This document shows positions 58,509 to 64,000 of a DNA stretch of 64,000 nucleotides, piece after piece. The position numbers were made by a program, and so were the translations under genes. The stretch's first letter is position 1. Each line of letters opens with the position of its first letter. The notes under the pieces were generated by a model that saw only the letters and a program-made list of their open reading frames with translations, ran no database searches and was not told the DNA's origin. Origin of the DNA: an uncultured Alphaproteobacteria bacterium (GTDB lineage: Bacteria > Pseudomonadota > Alphaproteobacteria > VGEJ01); NCBI GenBank assembly GCA_913041535.1, contig CAJWJK010000001.1:267557-331556 (forward strand), in the 5' to 3' direction.

Positions 58509-59708
58509 ATGAGAATTGCTGAGCGTATGCATAGCATTCCGCGTATAGGCCTCGATATAATGGGGGACTTGGCGGACGAACGGGATCTGGCCGCGGAGGC
58601 AAGTCAAACCTACAGACTGGAGAATGCAGATAGCAATATACCGCCCCCAAATATTGCAACGAGTTCAACCAAGGATGCCGTAGGAAGGGATGAATACAAT
58701 AGTTGGCTACCTCTTGTTGGCTTAAGCGAACTGCGCTCTCTTGTGTGCGAGCGTATCAAAAGAGAGGATAATTTAAATTATGACTGGCGCAGTGAAATAA
58801 TTATAACAAACGGTGTTCAGGAAGGGCTGTTATCAACCTTTCTCGCATTACTAAACCCGGGCGATGGAGTAATTACCCCAGAGCCAGCATATTCCGGAAT
58901 AATTAACCGCATACGCCTCGCCCATGGAATCCCTCAATTTGTATCGTTAAATGAAGATAAAGGTTGGAAACTTGATTTGCAGGAGCTGGAGCAACGAGTT
59001 GAGCCTTCTACCAAAATGATTGTCTTCAATTCTACGAATATGCCGACGGGTATTACATACACGCGTGAGGAGCTTGGTTTTATAGCTGATTTAGCTGTGC
59101 GACGGGATTTATGGGTCGTGTACGATGCTCCGACGTCGCATCTTACATTTAACATGGATAGAGCTCTGAATATTGCCTCGTGGCCTGGAATGAGGGAACG
59201 CACCATTATTCTCGACGGTGTCTCTAAGGATTTTAATATGACGGCTTGGCGGATTGGTTGGGCGGTCGCTGATAAGCCAGTCATCGAGCATATTGGGAAA
59301 GCTCACATGTATAATGGGACTTTGACTAGCGCTTTTGCTCAGGCCGGAGTTATCGAACTATTGAAAAATCCAAAGGTTGTCGATACCTACACAAAAGAGT
59401 GCGTTCGTATACTTTCAGAGCGGGCAGAGGTAGCATCTAAAGGTCTGAATGCTATCCCGGGTTTAACGTGTGTTCCACCGGATGGCGGGTGGTGGTTTCT
59501 TGTAGATCACCGCGAAATTGATGCAGACGATGAAAGTTTTTCTCATTACTTGCTCGATGAAGCTAACGTTGCGGTAACCCCAATGGGTACTTGGGGGCCT
59601 GCTACAGCTGTCGGCCATTTTCGCGTAATATTTGCAAATGAGTCGGTTGAGCGTTTGAGGGAGGCAGTACATCGAATTACTCAGGCTTTAGGGAAAAGGG
59701 TGGGGTAA
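58509..59708 (+). CDS. PLP-dependent aminotransferase class I/II (atypical motifs)
   Basis: G..ELR, ITNG.QEGL, NPGD.V, SKDFNMTAWRIGW and a terminal FR motif. Confidence 0.88.
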   Translation: MRIAERMHSIPRIGLDIMGDLADERDLAAEASQTYRLENADSNIPPPNIATSSTKDAVGRDEYNSWLPLVGLSELRSLVCERIKREDNLNYDWRSEIIITNGVQEGLLSTFLALLNPGDGVITPEPAYSGIINRIRLAHGIPQFVSLNEDKGWKLDLQELEQRVEPSTKMIVFNSTNMPTGITYTREELGFIADLAVRRDLWVVYDAPTSHLTFNMDRALNIASWPGMRERTIILDGVSKDFNMTAWRIGWAVADKPVIEHIGKAHMYNGTLTSAFAQAGVIELLKNPKVVDTYTKECVRILSERAEVASKGLNAIPGLTCVPPDGGWWFLVDHREIDADDESFSHYLLDEANVAVTPMGTWGPATAVGHFRVIFANESVERLREAVHRITQALGKRVG

Positions 59709-60114
59709 AGACCTTTCAGATTAGATCAATCACATTAAGCAGGTTATATATCAATAACACCATCTGACAGAAGAATCCCTATCTGCATCTTCTTGGTATG
59801 TGCTTATCATATATCCTACTAGGCAAGCTATCTTACATAAGTTACTGACCGATGTGTTTGGTCTTTGTTTTCTTTTTGATGAGTTTGGGGGCCTAAGGAC
59901 GGCGATATAAATTTTCTGTTGTGGTTCCAAAAAATTCCGTTAGGTCGCAAACTTTAACAACAACGGTTGCGTATTAGATGTATATTGAGAGCGGGGCCTT
60001 TCTACGCTTGCGATCTATACGCTGTAGTGTTTTGAGGTATTTGGAAAAAGTTGGGGCGTTATCTGAAGGTTCCGACCAAATCAAGGCAGGTGAAATGATG
60101 TGGAGTTCCGCATT

Positions 60115-61203
60115 GTGAGGGGGCCTATAGGATATTTCTCGTCAAGCTATGTAGAGGCACGTCAGAAATTTCTTGATACATGCACCAGTGTCGGTGCGCC
60201 AGTGACGCACTATTTGAATCCCAATGGGGTTGGGCCACACAACGAAGATTTAGTCACAGATGTAGCGTGCATTGGGCCTTCAAATGCAGAGCTGCTTTAC
60301 ATAGTTGCTTCTGCTACTCATGGAGTTGAGGGTTTCTTAGGATCGGGATGTCAAGTGGGGTTCCTGCGCGAAAGGTTATTCGAAGAGCGTCCTCGCAATA
60401 GTAGTATATTGTTCGTTCATGCAATGAATCCATTTGGGTTTGCCCATGTTCGTCGTGTAAATGAAGACAACGTTGATCTGAATCGGAACTTTGTTAATCA
60501 TACAGAACCATATCCTATAAAAGCTGAATACGAGTTAGTTCACCCGTTGTTGGTACCAGAAGAGTGGGATGGTCCATCTCGGGCGTCCGCGGATGGCAAG
60601 ATATCCTCCCTTATAGAGACACACGGACTCGCCTGGTACCAATCTGCAGTGAGTAGTGGGCAGTATTTGCATTCGGATGGAGTGTTTTATGGTGGCCAGG
60701 TGCCTGTTTGGTCCAATCAAAACTGGAGAAAGATTTTGGCCAAATTCGCGCCTGGCCGTCTAAGGATTGGGTTTCTGGATTTGCATACTGGACTAGGGCC
60801 ATATGGGTATGGAGAACCAATGTTTTTGAGCTGGCCTGATATGATTCAATACGAACGGGCACGACAATGGTACGGGGATGATGTTACTGCCCCGGAGGCA
60901 GGTGATTCAACATCTGCGGCAGTGCAGGGAGTGGTTGCAGCATCCTTTAAAGACGTTGATGTTAATGCCGAGATCACTGCAATTGCTCTTGAATTTGGCA
61001 CGGTTCCAGTGCTTGAGGTGCTGGATGCTGTGCGTGCTGACAACTGGCTGTACGTTCATGGTAATCCTTTGTCTAGCATGGGAAAGACTATTAAACGTCA
61101 AATTCGTGATGCGTTTTACTGCGATGAGGACGATTGGAAACATTTAGTTTGGGATCGTTCTGTTGATATTTTCCGAAAGGGCCTGTCCGGTCTCGGTGGC
61201 TAA
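60115..61203 (+). CDS. M14-like metallopeptidase (DUF2817)
   Basis: SATHGVEG (HxxE), NPFGF, RVNEDNVDLNRN, DLHTGLG and LEFGT. Start GTG 60115 or 60100. Confidence 0.85.
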   Translation: MRGPIGYFSSSYVEARQKFLDTCTSVGAPVTHYLNPNGVGPHNEDLVTDVACIGPSNAELLYIVASATHGVEGFLGSGCQVGFLRERLFEERPRNSSILFVHAMNPFGFAHVRRVNEDNVDLNRNFVNHTEPYPIKAEYELVHPLLVPEEWDGPSRASADGKISSLIETHGLAWYQSAVSSGQYLHSDGVFYGGQVPVWSNQNWRKILAKFAPGRLRIGFLDLHTGLGPYGYGEPMFLSWPDMIQYERARQWYGDDVTAPEAGDSTSAAVQGVVAASFKDVDVNAEITAIALEFGTVPVLEVLDAVRADNWLYVHGNPLSSMGKTIKRQIRDAFYCDEDDWKHLVWDRSVDIFRKGLSGLGG

Positions 61204-61372
61204 CATAAAGGGTTCATTTTAAATATTAAGGCGGGTCGTGTAGATTAATACTTTCTTAAATTGACCCAGTGTAGGGTAAAAAAGAACGCAAAGACCTTAC
61301 TTGTGGATAGGTGCATACATAGATAACCTTCTGCACAATGTCTTTAAGCTTAGTTTATTCAGGGAGAGATAA

Positions 61373-62944
61373 ATGAGAATCGTGTCCTTATCGTCTGGGC
61401 GTTGGCGACGTGCATTTGCCGCTGGTGTTGCTGCGTTAACACTTGCCATCAGTCCTGTTTTTAATTCTGATACTGCAATAGCGCAGCAGGTTGGCGGAAC
61501 TCTAAAATTGGCCTTTGACCATGACGCTGGAGGGTTTGACCCTGCAAAGGCGACCTACGGAATGTCCCACGCGGTTATTGAGCAGGTATTTTCGGGTTTA
61601 ACGGCCCTTGATAGTAACGCAAATCCATACCCTGATCTTGCCGCAACGATTGATGTTTCGGATGATGGTTTGGTGTACACGTTCAATCTCAAGAAACATG
61701 TAACGTTTCATGATGGGACACCGTTCACCGCTGATGACGTCAAATACACTTTGGATCACTTGAAAAACCCAGATACGGGTTACCCATATGCATCAAAGCT
61801 GGCGTCTATTGAAAGTGTGAATGTAGTTGATACACACACTGTTCAGGTTCGTCTTACAGTATCAGATGGTCCGTTTCTAGTGAATCTTGCGTTTCCTGGA
61901 AATGCAATAGTTTCCAAGACGATTGCTGAAACCGAACATGATATTAATGTCACCCCCATTGGGACAGGTCCATATACGTTTGTAGAGTATCAGCCAGGCA
62001 CCGTAATAAAGCTGGCGAGAAATACAGATTATTATGAGGGTAACAAGCCTTACATTGAGAATCTTGAATATCGGGTAATCTCTGACCAAACTGCTATAAC
62101 GAATGCGCTTCAGTCGGGTGTTGTGAATTTCTCTAATGTAATTCCAGCAAAGGACTGGGCTGCCATAGAGGCTAATGCTGATCTAACCACTAACCCCGTT
62201 GAGGGTAGTCGATGGTTTTGGATTCCAATCAATAATCAGGCTGCACCTTTGGACAACGCCTTGGTCCGTAAGGCTATAGGTCACGCAGTTGATCGGCAGG
62301 CTATAGTGGACGCAGTCTTTTACGGATTGGCTAAACCAATCCAGGGTGGCGTAGTGCCTTCTTGGAGTTGGGGTCACGTTGCCGATCTCAAAGTATTCTC
62401 AACGGGTGCTGATCCTGATAAGGCAAAAGCACTTCTTGCCGAGGCAGGTTACGCTGACGGTCTGGATTTATCCTTTAAAATTGGTACTGAATGGCCACGC
62501 CTGATGGCTATGGGGCCGATAATACAGGCTAATCTGGCGGCTGTCGGTATCAACGCAGAGATTTCGACCATGGGTACCACCCAGTGGCTTGATGAGGTTT
62601 TCACTGCTCGGGATTACCATATCAGCGATATGTACTGGTTGAGTCCACTTGCTGATCCAGATGACTTTACAACATTAAATTATCTCTGTGACAGCGCCAT
62701 GAACTTCCAGGGTTCATGTAGTGAAGAGATGGATGCAGTTCTTGATGAAGCTCGTGAAGCAACCACGAGGGATGCACGTAAAGATGCATATAGGCGGATG
62801 CAAGAACTCTCGATGGAACAAATGACACTTGTACCATTGGTTAATGCATTGATTCTTCATGCTCACACCAACAAACTTCAAAACTTTAGGCCTATGCGTA
62901 CTGGCTTCTTGAAGACGCTTAAGGATGCTTGGTTAGAAGAGTAA
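61373..62944 (+). CDS. ABC transporter substrate-binding protein, family 5 (peptide/nickel/opine)
   Basis: Signal peptide, PDLA...VS.DG..YTF.L...FHDG..FTADDV, PIGTGPY and AK.LL.EAG. Confidence 0.93.
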   Translation: MRIVSLSSGRWRRAFAAGVAALTLAISPVFNSDTAIAQQVGGTLKLAFDHDAGGFDPAKATYGMSHAVIEQVFSGLTALDSNANPYPDLAATIDVSDDGLVYTFNLKKHVTFHDGTPFTADDVKYTLDHLKNPDTGYPYASKLASIESVNVVDTHTVQVRLTVSDGPFLVNLAFPGNAIVSKTIAETEHDINVTPIGTGPYTFVEYQPGTVIKLARNTDYYEGNKPYIENLEYRVISDQTAITNALQSGVVNFSNVIPAKDWAAIEANADLTTNPVEGSRWFWIPINNQAAPLDNALVRKAIGHAVDRQAIVDAVFYGLAKPIQGGVVPSWSWGHVADLKVFSTGADPDKAKALLAEAGYADGLDLSFKIGTEWPRLMAMGPIIQANLAAVGINAEISTMGTTQWLDEVFTARDYHISDMYWLSPLADPDDFTTLNYLCDSAMNFQGSCSEEMDAVLDEAREATTRDARKDAYRRMQELSMEQMTLVPLVNALILHAHTNKLQNFRPMRTGFLKTLKDAWLEE

Positions 62945-62960
62945 AGCTGTATTGAAGAGC

Positions 62961-62990
62961 AAAGCCCTGGGGGGGGTCCCCCAGGGCTTT
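62961..62990 (+). terminator. Perfect 13-bp hairpin between SBP and permease genes
   Basis: AAAGCCCTGGGGG-GGGT-CCCCCAGGGCTTT, starting 16 nt after the SBP stop. Confidence 0.7.
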
Positions 62991-63033
62991 ATCTTGACTT
63001 TGGAATGCTACTCCATAAACGCGCGTTAATACT

Positions 63034-63990
63034 ATGATCCGTTTTATCTCAATGCGTTTGTTGGCTTTTGTTCCTACGCTTCTTGCTATATCAGCGGTAC
63101 TCTTTGTTGCGATTAACGTGATCCCCGGTGGGGCAGCTCAGGCATCTCTCGGAATTAAGGCAACACCAGAGGCAATTGCCAGATTTAATCGTGAGCACGG
63201 CCTTGACCGACCTTTGCCGGAACAATATGTAGCGTGGCTAGGGAAGGTTTTGAATGGTGATTTTGGCAAATCTCTACAATCCGGGACACCGGTAGGTCCT
63301 GAACTTTTGAAGCGGCTGTCCCTGACGCTAGAATTAGCCGTACTTGCCTTTATTGTTGCCAATCTTATAGCTGTTCCTCTTGGGTGCTTAGCGGCCTACT
63401 ATCATCAGCGGCCTGCCGATAATGCTTTTATAGTATTGTCAACCGTTATGGGAGCATTACCCAACTTCTGGTTGGCAACATTATTGATTTTGCTTTTTAC
63501 CGTGACACTTAAATGGTTGCCGCCCGGCGGTTATGTCCCGATTATGGAGGCACCACTTCAGAATCTTAGCCTAATGATTATGCCCGCGATATCGCTAGGT
63601 GTGGTATCTTCAGCTTTGCTTCTGAGAATTATGCGCACGAGCATGCTGGAAGTTACGGCTTCTGATTACATTAGGACAGCTCGTGCCAAAGGAGCTGGTC
63701 GGGGAGTTGTTATATGGCGTCACGCTCTACGAAATGCATTGATACCGTATCTTACGGTCGGTGGTGTTGAGTTTAGTCTTCTTTTTGGTGGAGTTGTGAT
63801 TGTTGAGAATATTTTTCTTTTGCCAGGCGTTGGCCAATTGGCTTTGATTGGAATCACCCAGAGGGATTATCCTTTGCTTCTGGCGAGCGTGCTCTTGATT
63901 GCCGTCGTCGTATTGACGGCAAATTTGATAGTGGATGTTATAGGTGCTTGGCTTGATCCGAGACGGGTTCGTACTGTTGGTATTAGCTAA
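63034..63990 (+). CDS. ABC transporter permease (DppB/OppB type)
   Basis: GLDRPL.EQY, GDFGKS, DYIRTARAKG (EAA), RHALRNALIP, VENIF..PG.G and RDYP...LDPR. Confidence 0.94.
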   Translation: MIRFISMRLLAFVPTLLAISAVLFVAINVIPGGAAQASLGIKATPEAIARFNREHGLDRPLPEQYVAWLGKVLNGDFGKSLQSGTPVGPELLKRLSLTLELAVLAFIVANLIAVPLGCLAAYYHQRPADNAFIVLSTVMGALPNFWLATLLILLFTVTLKWLPPGGYVPIMEAPLQNLSLMIMPAISLGVVSSALLLRIMRTSMLEVTASDYIRTARAKGAGRGVVIWRHALRNALIPYLTVGGVEFSLLFGGVVIVENIFLLPGVGQLALIGITQRDYPLLLASVLLIAVVVLTANLIVDVIGAWLDPRRVRTVGIS

Positions 63991-64000
63991 CACAGGGAAG

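Noticed and set aside
59709-60099. 390-nt intergenic gap as a possible sRNA or pseudogene
   Set aside because: No hairpin, repeat or recognisable coding remnant found by eye.

Overview
Bacterial chromosomal window; gene content and order (fzlA-queG-uppP, rnd-kdsD-lptCAB, one-Cys DksA) point to an alphaproteobacterium, probably Rhodospirillales-like (inference). The left ~29 kb is mostly housekeeping: ilvE end, yciI-ispZ, thrS-infC (ATA start), mdh, htpG, rpmI-rplT-pheS-pheT-lepA, queG, uppP, rnd-kdsD-lptCAB and three tRNAs. A small egtB-egtD-arsC cassette sits between two convergent tRNA-Ser genes. From 29.5 kb the window becomes a dense catabolic region centred on C1/methylated-nitrogen chemistry. 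It holds mgdABCD, an unusual N-methylglutamate-synthase-like set (GATase, a GXGXG/FMN fusion, and a GltD-like Fe-S flavoprotein fused to a degenerate FMN barrel) and gmaS. It also holds a D-cysteine desulfhydrase/CuyA-like lyase, a ThDP acyl-CoA enzyme with frc, a ComDE-like pair, tenA with an orphan hydantoinase B, an orphan dimethylformamidase large subunit, an atypical aminotransferase, an M14 peptidase and a peptide-type ABC transporter. The best candidate for an undescribed system is the putative NAD(P)H-coupled 'methyl-GS/GOGAT' at 37131-44112. No mobile elements, CRISPR arrays or rRNA were seen. All calls come from motif and family recognition by eye, without database searches.
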